From contig OY740794.1 of NCBI GenBank assembly GCA_963514005.1, positions 46,872,001 to 46,936,000 of the forward strand: a stretch of 64,000 bases of DNA, in the 5' to 3' direction. This document shows positions 1 through 12,298 of this stretch, piece after piece. The translations under genes were made by a program, and so were the position numbers. How positions within the stretch are numbered: position 1 is the stretch's first letter; each line of letters begins with the position of its first letter. Source of the stretch: Raja brachyura. Lineage: Eukaryota. The notes under the pieces were generated by a model. That model saw only the letters and a list, made by a program, of their open reading frames with translations, was not told the DNA's origin and searched no databases.

Positions 1-22
1 GAGGGTTTATAGTGGATGTCAG

Positions 23-838
23 TCAGTAGTCTATCTCCTGTATTTCCGACATTTCCCTACCATTTCTTGACCTCACTATCTCCCACCACTTTCCACATCT
101 TCCCATCTCCTTCCCTGTCTGCTTTCCACAGAGACCGCTTCCCTCCGTAACTCCCTGGTCAATTTGTCCCTTCCCACCTGATCCACCCCCTCTCCTGGCA
201 CTTTTCCCTTGCAACCGCAGGAGATGCTACACTTGTCGCTTTACTTCCCCCCTTGACTCCATTCAAGGACCTAAGCAGTCTTTCCAGGTGTGGCAGAGGT
301 TCACAAGCACCTCCTCCAACCTCATCTATTGCATCTGCGGCTCTAGATGTCAGCTGCTCTACATCGGTGAGACCAAGCGTAGGCTTGGCGATCGCTTCGC
401 CGAACACCTCAGCTCGGTTCGCAATAACCAACCTGATCTCCTGGTGCTCAGCACTTCAACTCCCCCTCCCATTCCGAATCCGACCGTTCTGTCCTGGGCC
501 TCATCCATGGCCAGAGTGAGGACCACTGTAAATTAGAGGAGCAACACCTCATATTTCGCTTGGGCAGTTTGCACCCCAGCGGCATGAACATTGACCTCTA
601 ATTTCAGGTAGTCCTTACTTTCTCCTCCCCTTCTCAGCTCTCCCTCAGCCCACTGGCTCCACCTCTTCCTTTCTTCTTCCCGCTCCCCCCCCCCCAAACC
701 TCACATCAGTCTGAAGAAGGGTTTCGACCCGAAACTTTGCCTATTTCCTTCGCTCCATAGATGCTGCCTCACCCGCTGAGTTTCTCCAGCATTTTTGTCT
801 ACCTTCGATTTTCCAGCAGCTGCAGTTCCTTCTTAAAC
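23..838 (+). mobile_element. Penelope-like retroelement 3' remnant (GIY-YIG endonuclease plus terminal repeat)
   Basis: ORF 288-536 reads NLIYCICGSRCQLLYIGETKRRLGDRFAEHL, a Penelope-type GIY-YIG motif. It is followed by the CTGAAGAAGGG..CCCGAAA / GATGCTGCC..CTGAG..CTCCAGCA..TGCAGTTCCTTC tail that recurs through the window. Confidence 0.85.
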
Positions 839-3762
839 GTTTTATTAAGCAATACAGATTTGACACACACGTGTTTGGTAAGGACCTGAGCAAATTTCCT
901 GCCATTGCAATCAAACACACCAGAAGACTGACGGCTTCCTAATTAACTCCTGCCAGAACACTGCCACGTGATAGTCCCAGCTCCTCGTCAAAGATCACAG
1001 AGCTCTATAATCTTTGCTCCTGACGAGGTTCTAGCAATAAGTGGCTTGACCAACAGATGTCGCCACAATGCTCTAAATTGAAGAACTCCATTGATCTTAC
1101 TTTCTCTGTCCTCATTTGAACTCATTCACAATTTATGCTTTGGCAACCACAGTCACTATTACATCATTCCTTCTATTTAGATGATTGACTCGTTGAATTC
1201 CCAGAGTGTGTCTACATATGTCATTTATTTATTTAGAATATGTGTACTTCTAAATATTATCAAAAGGAATATATAAAAGTGAGAGCTGTTGTCTTTCATA
1301 GGTAAAAAGTGAGAAAACTGACATTTAGCCTGGAATTATTCATACACGCTGCGAAGGTATTTCCACTGGAGAATATGTCGCAAAAACTTGAAACAGAGGT
1401 GTAAATGTATCATGGCAAAATTCTTGGGGCTCTTCCAATACTGCTGCTGCAAATTCAGCGGGTGTGCAAAGATGGAGTGGAAAGTAGGGCACTGCCTGAT
1501 TTGGGAATTATCAATAGGGAGAGCTTCCACCCATTCCTACTGAAGCCAGTGCCATAGAAAAAAAACATGTGCGGATGTGTTAGTCAATGAGTGTCCATGT
1601 CGATTTAAAGAAAGACTTATGAAAAGCCAGTCTACCCAAATGTATCTCGACCCACTCCTGAGAGGCCTGGTTTGAAGAAAACAGTGTAAGGCTGCAAAAT
1701 TTGCCATCAGCTACTGAGTTAGTTCTAATATGATCACCTATGTGTGTAAGCTCAACTGTGGCACAATTTGCACAAATTCTTAATGACATTATGATGAGCA
1801 CGGCAAGCTCCTTTCATAATATATACAGAGTATGTTGTTCATGATTTCAGTCAGCAAACATTGTTGATCTGTCACCAGGACAGCAAAATTGGAAATAAAG
1901 ACACAAAGTGCTGGCGTAACTCAGTGGATGAGGCAGCACCTCGGGATCCTTCAGACCTGTAACGTCCCCTATTCATGTTCTCCAGAGATGCTGTTTGACC
2001 CACTGGGTTACTTCCACACCTTGTGTCTTTTTTGGTAAACCAGCATCTGCATTTTCTTGGGTCAGCAAAATTTATTTCTAAACACATATTGAGCAACACT
2101 AAAGATCCACCAGCATTTTTATTGATAACTGCATACATTTCATTTCATTGCATACGTTTTGGTTACTTTCCATATGGTTTTAATTAGCCGTTGATTCAAA
2201 AAAAGATTTGAGAACTTATGGGAATTGGTGTGGCAGGTTCAGTAGGATTTTACCTGGCTTCCTTATAAAATTAATTGTCCAGTGACATGAGTGCATGAGA
2301 GGATATCCAACTTGGACACCAATGTGCCTGGGCAAAGGAGCAGAAAGGATAGCCAACAAAGAAGAGGTGGGAAAGTTCTCTCGGGATGCCATGGTCACAG
2401 AGGCTCTTCAATGAGCAACTTAAACCTCAGCATAAGTGCTGTTTGAATGATCTGCTTTTCACAAGGACATTCCCTTTGAAAGCTACCACATCCCAGTCAC
2501 AACTCCAACCTCAGAACAAGGTGAGGTGAGAGTTGTTGGGGTCACCCCATAACTTCCAGGCAGTAACTGGAGTTCTTCTACCTCACCGTTTGCCACCCCA
2601 CTACTGCAGAAAGGAATTCACTGGCATTCACTATTCAAATATTTTGTTGTATTCTTGACTTAAACCAGCAGGCTGAATTTGCTTGGGTTGCTGACTGCTT
2701 TTAGGTACAGGATACCATTAATTGGGTCTCTGGTGCTGTGAGGCAGCAACTCTACTGCTGCGCCACAGTGCCACCATCTTCAGATGGGTTTCCAGGGTCC
2801 ATGGTGGGCGAGAGAGCCAGGCCTGCCGCGCAGCTCCGCTGTCCTTGTGCCGCATGGTCTGACGGTCCTGACTCATCACTCATATAGCCAATTTCTCTGT
2901 GCCTGTGACTCAGCATAAGTGCAATGTTGCCACACAATTGCTCAAACACTGACTTCACTGTCGGGACTGCTCCAAAGAAACCCTGTCATACTTGGCAGAG
3001 CACGTCTGAGGATATGCGGTGGATTCTTGTCTGCTGCAAAGCTTTGCCATTATGAGGCTCATTGCCAGGTGCATAATGGCCCACTGAGCAACAGGAAAAG
3101 AAAGAGCAACCCCAGACAACCCATTTCCTGTCACACTGACTACAAACAATTTATCTGCCATCATTTATAGAACAAAGAACAGTGCAGCACAGGTGCAGGT
3201 CCTTCTGCCCAGTGTCTGTGCCGACCATGATGTCAAGACCAACTCTTATCCATATCCCTCTATTCTCTGAATATCCATGTGCCTATCCAAAAGCCTTTTA
3301 AATGCCACCATCGTATCTGCCTCAACCACCACCTCCGGCATGGGGGAGAAGCCACAGCTTTCGACTATGCACGAGTTTGACTACGAGCAAGAGCAAAATG
3401 TACTTAAACAAGAAGAAGTTTGGATGAATATTTAACTGTTTTTACTACGACAATAAAGAAACTATTAATTAAGAGGCTGTGTTTTGAAGATTTATCTTTG
3501 GACGGCTTTGAATGTCTCGTGGAGAGCTCGCATGCGTATCTCCTTAACCGTCTTCAATCATAGTGGCTAGAGGAAAGATTCCTTGAATTATATAATAATC
3601 TGCCATTACACTCCTTTAAACTTTGCCCCTTTCACCTCAAAGATATGCCCTTTGGTATTTGACATTGCCATCTGGGAAAAAGGTTCTGACTGTCTACCCT
3701 ATCTATGCCTCCTTTAACGTAACTTTAATTCCTCATTCAACAAGTCTCACATCCTACTTCCC

Positions 3763-4191
3763 ACTGTCATATGAGGAAAGATTGAAAAGACTAGGCTTGT
3801 ATTCACTGGAGTTTAGAAGGATGAGGTGTGATCTGATAGAAACATATAAAATTATAAAAGGACTGGACAAGCTAGATGCAGGAAAAATGTTACCAATGTT
3901 GGGCGAGTCTAGAACCAGGGGCCACAGTCATCGAATAAAGGGGAGGTCATTTAAGACTGAGGTGAGAAAAAACTTTTTCACCCAGAGAGTTGTGAATTTA
4001 TGGAATTCCCTGCCACAGAGGGCAGTGGAGGCCAAGTCACTGGATGGATTTAAGAGGGAGTTAGATAGAGCTCTAGGGGCTACTGGAGTCAAGGGATATG
4101 GGGAGAAGGCAGGCACGGATTATTGATAGGGGACGATCAGTCATGATCACAATGAATGGCGGTACTGGCCGAATGGCCTCCTCTTGCACCT
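3763..4191 (+). mobile_element. CR1 LINE 3' fragment
   Basis: [41 protein letters not shown] is the CR1 ORF2 C-terminus. The (TTTCTATG)n tail resumes at about 5084-5111 after an insertion. Confidence 0.9.
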
Positions 4192-4216
4192 GCACTCCTC
4201 CTTCCCTCCATGGACT

Positions 4217-5082
4217 CCGGTGGTGGCACGACTCACGTTGCAGCGGCCCCTACAGCCTGTCTGTCTTTTTTTAATTTTTGTCTAGTTAAATGTAGTTGTT
4301 TGTGTTTTTTTTGTATGTTTCTAATTGTGTATATGTGGGGGGTGGGAAAGGGAGGGAGGGGGAAACTTTTACAATCTCTTCCCCGCACGGAAGACCCGAC
4401 TTTTTCCCTGTCGGGTCTCCCTGGTCGTTGGGGCCTAACACAGTGGAGCGGCCTCCGACCGGGACGACCTGGGGGCTCCAGTCACTGAGCCTGTGGAGCT
4501 GCGGACTCACCATCGTGGGGCTGGCCGGCCTCGGAATGTGTCGAGCGGTGGTGGCTCGCTGCTGCGGCCCGACTCCGGAGCTCCAGCTCCAGCTCCAGCT
4601 GCAGACCTGTGAACTGTCGGGATATCGGGAGCTCGCAGGTCCGGGTGAGAGACCGCTCACCGGAGCTCCCGCAATACAGCTTCTCCAGCCCGTGTCGCGG
4701 GGTTGGAGCGACCCGGAGCGGGGCCGTACATCGCCCGGCGCGGCTTCAATGGCCGTAGGACATTCCAGCGCCCGCCGAGGTCTCCAACGTTGTGACTTTT
4801 GGGGCTTGAGCGGGGCCGTACATCGCCTGGCCCAACGCGGCCTCAATGGCTGTGGGACATTCCAGCGCCCGCCGGGGGCTTCGACCTCGGGAGAGAAATG
4901 GTGCGGGGGAGAGAGAAGACTTTGCCTTCCATCACAGTGAGGAGGAGATTCACTGTGATGGATGTTTGTGTAAATTGAATTGTTTGTATGTTTTGTAGGA
5001 ATTGTTATGTTTGTATGGCTGTAGAAACAGAATTTCGTTTGAGCCTCTCTGAGGTTCAAATGACAAATAATAAAAAAAATCA
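4217..5082 (+). mobile_element. Unclassified GC/CpG-rich interspersed element inserted in a CR1 tail
   Basis: Splits the CR1 3' UTR (..cttgcacct | ..ctattttctatg). Contains an internal duplication (GGGCCGTACATCGCC..AATGGC..GGACATTCCAGCGCCCGCCG twice) and an A-rich 3' end. Boundaries approximate. Confidence 0.55.
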
Positions 5083-5944
5083 AATCTATTTTCTATGTCT
5101 ATGTTTCTATGCTGCAAATATCACAGTGACTGCATGGACGAAGGAATGACATGAATGAAAACATGAAACTACTTCATAAACCAAGATGGGCCAATCTCCA
5201 TACAAATATCAATTATTAATCCTCTTGTATTCCCTTGTATCTATCCTTTAGGTGCCTTTTGTCTCCTACCCAGTGATTGTGGCATGACTGGAGAAAGGCT
5301 GTTGATTTCAGAGGAGGAGGCAGCAGATGGTTTTAGAGGATAACTCTTGAAGGGTTGGTGGTGGAGCACAACGTCATGGGATAAGCGGCAACAGTCTGCG
5401 TTGGTCGGCTGCAGGCATCAGCAAGGTCACTGGTGAAACGGCAATGGTGAGATCATGATCTCTCATCCTGAGAGGGTCAAAGGTAATGATGTGGACAAAA
5501 TGCTGGAGAAACTTGGTGGATGAGGTAATGATGTAGTGAGGGAAATGTTTCGGGAAAACATTGGGCTTTGGTTACAACAACTACAGCTTTTTAATCAGAT
5601 GACAACGTGGACCGATGAAGAAGTGGGATGTGAGAAGGAAGATTATGTATGAAAAATCCATCATCCTATATGGTTAGAGTGGTGATGTGGTCATATTTAT
5701 GGTGAACATTCTGCTTGTAGTTAAGATGATGTGGCTGTGTCTGGGTTCTGTCAATTATCTCCTGATGTCTGTGATTACACACCAGCTTGAGAGGGGAACC
5801 AAATTAACATTAGCCGTGGCTGAATAACGTCTCTACCAATGTCCCCAATGCAATGTTGGAAAGGTCTCTGTTCCCCAGGGCAGAGTGGGGCAACACCTGT
5901 CGGTCGATGCTGCAGTCACAATTCCTCTCTATTTTAAGAGATGT

Positions 5945-6430
5945 TCATAAGTTCATAAGTCACAGGAGCAGAATTAGGCCGCATTCAATCATGGCTGATC
6001 TATATTTCAACCCATATCTCCTGCCTTCTCCTCATAACCCCAGACACCTTTACTACTCAAGAATCTGTCAATCTCCGCCTTAGAATACCCAATGCTGTCT
6101 GTGGCAATGAATATCCACAGCCGCCTGTGGCAATGAATTCCACGGATTCACCATCCCAACTAAAGAAATTCCACTTCATCTCCTTTCTAAAAGTACATCC
6201 TTTTTATTCTGAGACTATGGCCTCTGGTCCTAGACTCTCTCACAAGTGGAAACATACTCTCCACATCCACTCTATCCAGGCCTTTCACTATTCGTTAAGT
6301 TTCAATGAAGTTTACCCCTCATCCTTCTAAACCCCAGCGAGTATAGGCCCAGAGCCGTCAAACACGTATCATATACTAACCTAATCATTTCTAGGATAAT
6401 TCTCATAAACCTTCTCTGGACTGTCTCCAA
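5945..6430 (-). mobile_element. CR1 LINE 3' fragment (degraded)
   Basis: Reverse complement matches the CR1 3' end seen elsewhere in the window (GAGAGTCTAGGACCAGAGGCCATAGTCTCAGAATAAAAGGA). Confidence 0.8.
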
Positions 6431-8370
6431 TATTATTAAAGCTATCACTTTTGCACTTCATCACAACACAAGGTGACTGACAGTCCAAATTTGAATAGGA
6501 GACACAAAGGACTGCAGATGCTGGAATCTTGAGCAAAAGACAAAGTGCTGGAGGAACTCAGCGGATCAGGCAGCAGACTGGGGATCTGAATATTGAATGG
6601 GACTTCAATTGTTAAAAAGTAATTTGAACTCCAAAAATTAAAGGATATAGCTTAGAATGAGATGGCCTGGCCTTTTCTTTTCTTGTTTCCTCCAAACTTA
6701 AAGTGCTTACAACTCTTGATTGACAGTATTCTCTTGGATCAACAGTTATAGTTCACACTCCTCAGCCTCAGTCTTAGTTGTTCTTTTCCCTCTTGAAACC
6801 GAATGTGGTTGATGGAAGCAGTATTTCTTGCAGTATGCTCTCCACATCCAACTTCCCTTATTTCAATAGGAAAAGGCTGTGATGCATGAGATTGATACAG
6901 GACAAGGGGTGGAAGACTGCAACCTTCACGTGGCTTCGACGAATGAAATGAACCCGGCGTGCACAATCACATAAAACAAGTTGTCCTACAACTTTAGGCT
7001 GTGCATGCCATACGCAAGGAGATCCAGGACATGCAATTTCTGTAATGATTTTCCCAGCTTGAACCCTTGATCTACAAAGGTCATCCTGTATACAGGGCTG
7101 CCAACTCTCACGCTTTCGGCGTGAGAATCACGCCTTGGAGTTATTTCTCACGCCCTAACGCTCATGACCGAGTTCTCACACTGAGTTCAGTCCCTGCGCC
7201 AGTTTGTCCCTTTGCGCCGGCTGCCAGCGCTCTTTGCAGTCTGGGGAAGCGCATCGGATGACGGCTGAGAGTAAAGTTGCGTCTCTTCTCTTCTCTTTGG
7301 TCGAATGTGCAGCTGCCGACAACAACAACCAGGTGAAGCAGTTGTCAAACAAGTGGGGGGGGGGGGTGTACAATGAGGCCAAGCATCTAGGACAGGGTTC
7401 GGACTACGGGCACAGGGCCCGTAACCCGAAAAACCGCGTTTTAAAAAAAAAATCGTTTTCGCAGGGTCCCAACCTGGAACAGAAGCCACAACCACCCCCT
7501 CTTCTCCCTCTCAATACCTTCCCCGCCCACCACTCATTCTGTTGCAGGCGAGCCTACCTGGGAACTGCGGCCAGTCCCTGGGACGCGAGCTGACCTGGGA
7601 ACGGCAGCCAGTCCCTGGGCACACAGAATGCCAACTTGATCAGTATGGACAAATTGGGCCAGCCATGTACATGTTGTATAACTGACTCTATGCAGATCTG
7701 AATGGGCTTAGAATTACCATTTAAGCAAAATTGCCCTCACTTTCCCCATTTTGATTCTTGAGATTAATATCCCTTTGCTCTGTTAACAGCGTTAAAGTAC
7801 TTATGAGGTAGAGTCAGGAAAGGGAACATGTTATTTTTTTTAGTTTGCTTTAATTTGTTAGTTGATTTTTTGTTGACTGCCATAATTTCTGAAATAGTCT
7901 TAAAGTAACGTAACTGTTATAAAGCAGTAATAAGTGATTTTTGTCCAAACAATTGGAACTTGCATAAAATGTTTGAATTATTAGCAAGGCTGCCAACTCT
8001 CACGCAGTGAGCGTGAGACCCGCGCATTTCACAAAATTCTCATGCACTCACGCTGATCACAAAATTATATAATGAGAATAGGACCTGTTTGGCTTAACAA
8101 ATAGTGCAGGAAGGAATTGCAGATGCTGGTTTAAACTGAAGATAGACACTAAAAACTGGAAAAACTCAGCAGGATAGGCAGCATCTCTGGAGAGAAAGGA
8201 TGGGTGATGTTTCGAGTTGAGACCTTCAGCCTGAAGAGGTTGAAAACCAGCCATAAAACACAATGACTGGACATGTGTGTTATCCAACTAAAGGCAGAAA
8301 TCAGAATCATGTGTTCATCTTTATTCACGTGACACCATAATAAATATATTACAGAAAAAATAATTTAATG

Positions 8371-8576
8371 GGGTGGCACGGTGGTGCAGCGGTAGAGTTG
8401 CTGCCTTACTACCACATGGGTTTGCTCTGGATAGTCCGGTTTCTCCCACATCTGAAAGAAGTGCAGGTTTGTAGGTTAATTGGCTTCTGTAAATTGTCCC
8501 TGGCGTTATGGATGGAATTGGCGTATGAAAGATTGCTGGTCAGTGTGGACCTGATGGGCGGAAGGGCCTGTTTCCA
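8371..8576 (+). mobile_element. tRNA-derived HE1/V-SINE-like element
   Basis: A-box-like GGTGGTGCAGCGGTAGAG head and the GTGCAGGTTTGTAGGTTAATTGGC core shared with copies at about 37981-38293 and 48114-48418. Confidence 0.7.
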
Positions 8577-9619
8577 TATATATTTTTACATATATATCTT
8601 AATTTCATTGAACCATATATGATTGAATATGTGGCATTATTTTTGTCTTGTTTCTATATTCAAAGGGTAAGGTTGAAACCGTCTGAAGAAGGGTTTCGGC
8701 CCGAAACGTTGCCTATTTCCTTCACTCCATAGATGCTGCCGCACCCACTGAGTTTCCCCAGCAATTTTGACTACCTTCGATTCTCCAACATCTGCAGTTC
8801 CTTCTTGAACAAGGCTGATTGATTTATTTGTGCAGATCAGTGATGGAAGTCTGACTTTTGCTTTGTTTCTCTGAGTTTCTCTCAATATATATGCATAACA
8901 GCAAGAATATAATCTGATTTCCATACATGAATATAGTCATTCATGTGCTGCACCTGTTGAGCAGAGCTTGGCACTATTGTGGAATGTAATTAGGAATGTA
9001 ATATAGCCTAACCTTATTCAATCCTAATCCAATTTAAAGCATAAATGTTGCATCCAAGTGCAAGTTAAAAGACTTGCTACAGTATGCACCAGATTGCACA
9101 ATGTCAAGCTGAAAAATGTAAAGGCTACTTACCGTGGCAGGGGGAACACCATTTATTGACAAATATCAATAAATGATATTTATCTCTATCATTCATTATA
9201 CTGGGCATGCTCTTGACATGTATATACCAGTATTCCCAAGCAGCATTTGAGTTAACTACAAATGTTGAAACACTGCCCCACATACCCAGGTACACGTCTT
9301 TAACATATACTGTATCAGGAAAAGCAGGGAGGCAAATGTGTGACATCCCTGTGTAAACACTCAGACTGTGACTTTAGGTTTTGACCTTGTTCCAGTAAGT
9401 TTTTAGATGCGCTATTGAGAACCAGCGAACAAATAAATCCAGAAAGTTATCTATCCACTTTACTTTCAATGAAAGCTTAGTTATTACCCTTTGTATCAAC
9501 CCTCGTGCATGTCCATTGGAGACAGACAACTCACATCGTTCTGCAGCTCAAAAGACAGTTTTCACTAATGCTGTAACCGTTACAGTGTAACAGCATTGCA
9601 AAGTAAAACTCCCCTTTCC

Positions 9620-9979
<360 letters not shown>

Positions 9980-10037
9980 TAGATAGAACAATGACATTGT
10001 TACTTGCAGCAGCACAACAGTATATGTAAACATAGTG

Positions 10038-11071
10038 TAGCAATGTTACAAAATTTTGAGATTTTAAAAATCAAGTCTGCAATTTATCCCATCAGATAAA
10101 GCATAAAAAGAAGTTTAATTTGACACCTAATTTACTTTCATATCTTCAGTATTAAGAAAGTTATGGCCATTTTCATACTCGTAAATGAGCATCTTGTTCC
10201 CCATTGCCTTTCAATTGACTTAACTCAAAAGCTGTGATCTGGAAAAGTTAAATGTCCATAACATTCTTAAAAATTAAGAGAACTCAATGAAATTTTCAGT
10301 TATTATAGATTGAAGCATTCTGAAACAAATATTAAACAATCTTACTTGGATGACCTGAAATTAAAGCATATAATTAGTTAGTTATCTAATTGTAGCTAAT
10401 TACAAAATTCAATGAGTAGATCTAAACATCTATCAATTTCTTAAGAAAAGATAAACTTTTTTAAAATTGCCTAAGTGTCCAAATAACATTCACATAATAA
10501 TCCACAATATAACATAATTTTTAAATCTCATTTTCATGAATTTCTGGGCCAAATGGAAGGAATTTAGTGTTTTATGCTGTAAATTAATGGCCATTTAAAT
10601 CAACTAGCGAGTGGGTTTTAGCGGAATGCGGTGGATTGGAACGTTGCGGTTAGCGGTGAAGTCGGGGGGGAAAATACTGGGGGTTCATACATTTTTTGGG
10701 GAACCCATTTCGCAACATAAAAATATTATTAATGCCTCCCGAAAAACCAACTTTTAATATAAAAATAAAGTATTTACCTTTTTTTCTCCCCTACGCAAAA
10801 TGCTTCCGGTTGTCTGCGGTCACGGCTTTTGAAGGTGATTTTTAAATTACTCTAGTTAATAAATAATCTAGAGTAACTTAAAAATACCTTCATTGATGAA
10901 ATGTCGGAGCGATTTTTCTTCAGCAACCAAATCGCCCGACATTCATCGATTATCCCAGTCTGTCGAAAAACGGCACTTTAAGCCCGCCCCCCTCTGCACG
11001 GCGCGAAAGTCGCGCACACGGGGAGCGGCAGAAGTGCAGCGCCGGTAAAGGTAAGTTTTGTAACATACCTA
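10038..11071. mobile_element. Non-autonomous TIR DNA transposon
   Basis: Imperfect TIRs TAGCAATGTTACAAAA and revcomp TAGGTATGTTACAAAA. Flanking duplication CATAGTG at 10031-10037 and 11072-11078. No transposase ORF seen. Confidence 0.8.
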
Positions 11072-11129
11072 CATAGTGCACTGTAAACAATATGATAAAC
11101 GAAAACAAAAGTTCAGTGTGCATATATAA

Positions 11130-11900
11130 TAATAATCAACTTTATTTCGGACTCAAGGTCCAGACAAGGGACAACATTACATAAAAATACATTGTATATA
11201 AAAACACCATAAAATACATATAACATCTTAGTATATTATTTATAAAAGCATCATAAATTATATATATATATTTAAAAACACAATACACAAATTAAAATCC
11301 AGAATAAAAAAGAATGATCAATGCCCTACAACGAGACAACGATACCAGTGTCCCCACAACTGGGATTCATAGCTTGTAGTGCTAAACCTTATGTTTGACA
11401 AGGCCACAATAATTACATTTTCAGAGTCATTTATCCTGCAAATGAATTTACACATATGATTTCTTAGGATAGCTTCTAGAGTACTGACTCCTGCAGCCAC
11501 AAACATGTTACTATCACTATACCATCTAAGGTTTCCTTAGCAGTGTTCTCATGGCATCATTATAGGATACCTTTAATCTCTGCAAACTTGTCTTTCCATA
11601 GTTTGACCACAGGTGCGCAGTATAGAGTGGTGTGCAATATGCTCTAAACAGTGACATCTTCACCACATCTGTACATGCACCAATTTACACAAGCGAATAT
11701 TCGCCTGAACATACAGCATACGTCGTTGCCTATAAATATCCTCATCACCTGTCATTTGTTCTGTAATAAAATGCCCTAGATATTTTATCTTATTGCAGAC
11801 ACTAAGATTATTGTCAGACAATTTAAAATCAGGAAATTTTAGACATTTATCCTCTTTGGTCCTACAGATCATAACAGCACTCTAACAAGCATTATATTTA
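11130..11900 (-). mobile_element. RTE-X-like LINE 3' fragment
   Basis: Minus-strand frames give KIKYLGHFI..DEDIYRQRRMLYVQAN, LFRAYCT..LW and SNMFVAAGVSTLEAILRN..KFICRI..SEN..LW.HW, typical of the RTE-X post-RT region. Frameshifted. Confidence 0.7.
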
Positions 11901-12136
11901 ATATATACATACACACTTAAAAACAAACAATAAAAGTGTAAAAAGACAAAACCAACGCTCCCAAGTCTATATGTTTAAGAAAGAACTGTGAATGCTGGAA
12001 AAATTGAAGGTGGACAAAAATGCTGGAGAAACTCAGCGGGTGAGGCAGCATCTATGGAGCGAAGGAATATGTGACATTCGGGTCTAGGCCCTTCTTAAGA
12101 CTGAAGGGGTGAAGTCTGAAGACCTTCCAAGTCTAC

Positions 12137-12287
12137 AGTTCAGAGCTTATTTGTAGTGTTTAATTGCCTGATGGCTGCAGGGAATAAGCTGTTCCTGGAC
12201 GTGACATTTTTTAGGCTCCCATACCTTCTTCCTGATGGCAGGAGTGAAATTAGAGTGTGGCCAGGGTGATGTGGTTCCTTAATGATA
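12137..12287 (-). mobile_element. Rex1/Babar-like LINE 3' fragment
   Basis: IIKEPHHPGHTLISLLPSGRRYGSL..LFPAAIRQLN motif. An opposite-orientation copy lies at about 14500-14740. Confidence 0.65.
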
Positions 12288-12298
12288 TATATATAATT

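Noticed and set aside
4286-5083. 265-aa and 214-aa ORFs as host genes
   Set aside because: They lie in a GC-rich insertion within a CR1 tail and have no recognisable domain.
1-9600. An otospiralin gene upstream of COPS9, as expected from human synteny
   Set aside because: I could not find OTOS-like exons by eye; it may lie outside the window or have been missed.
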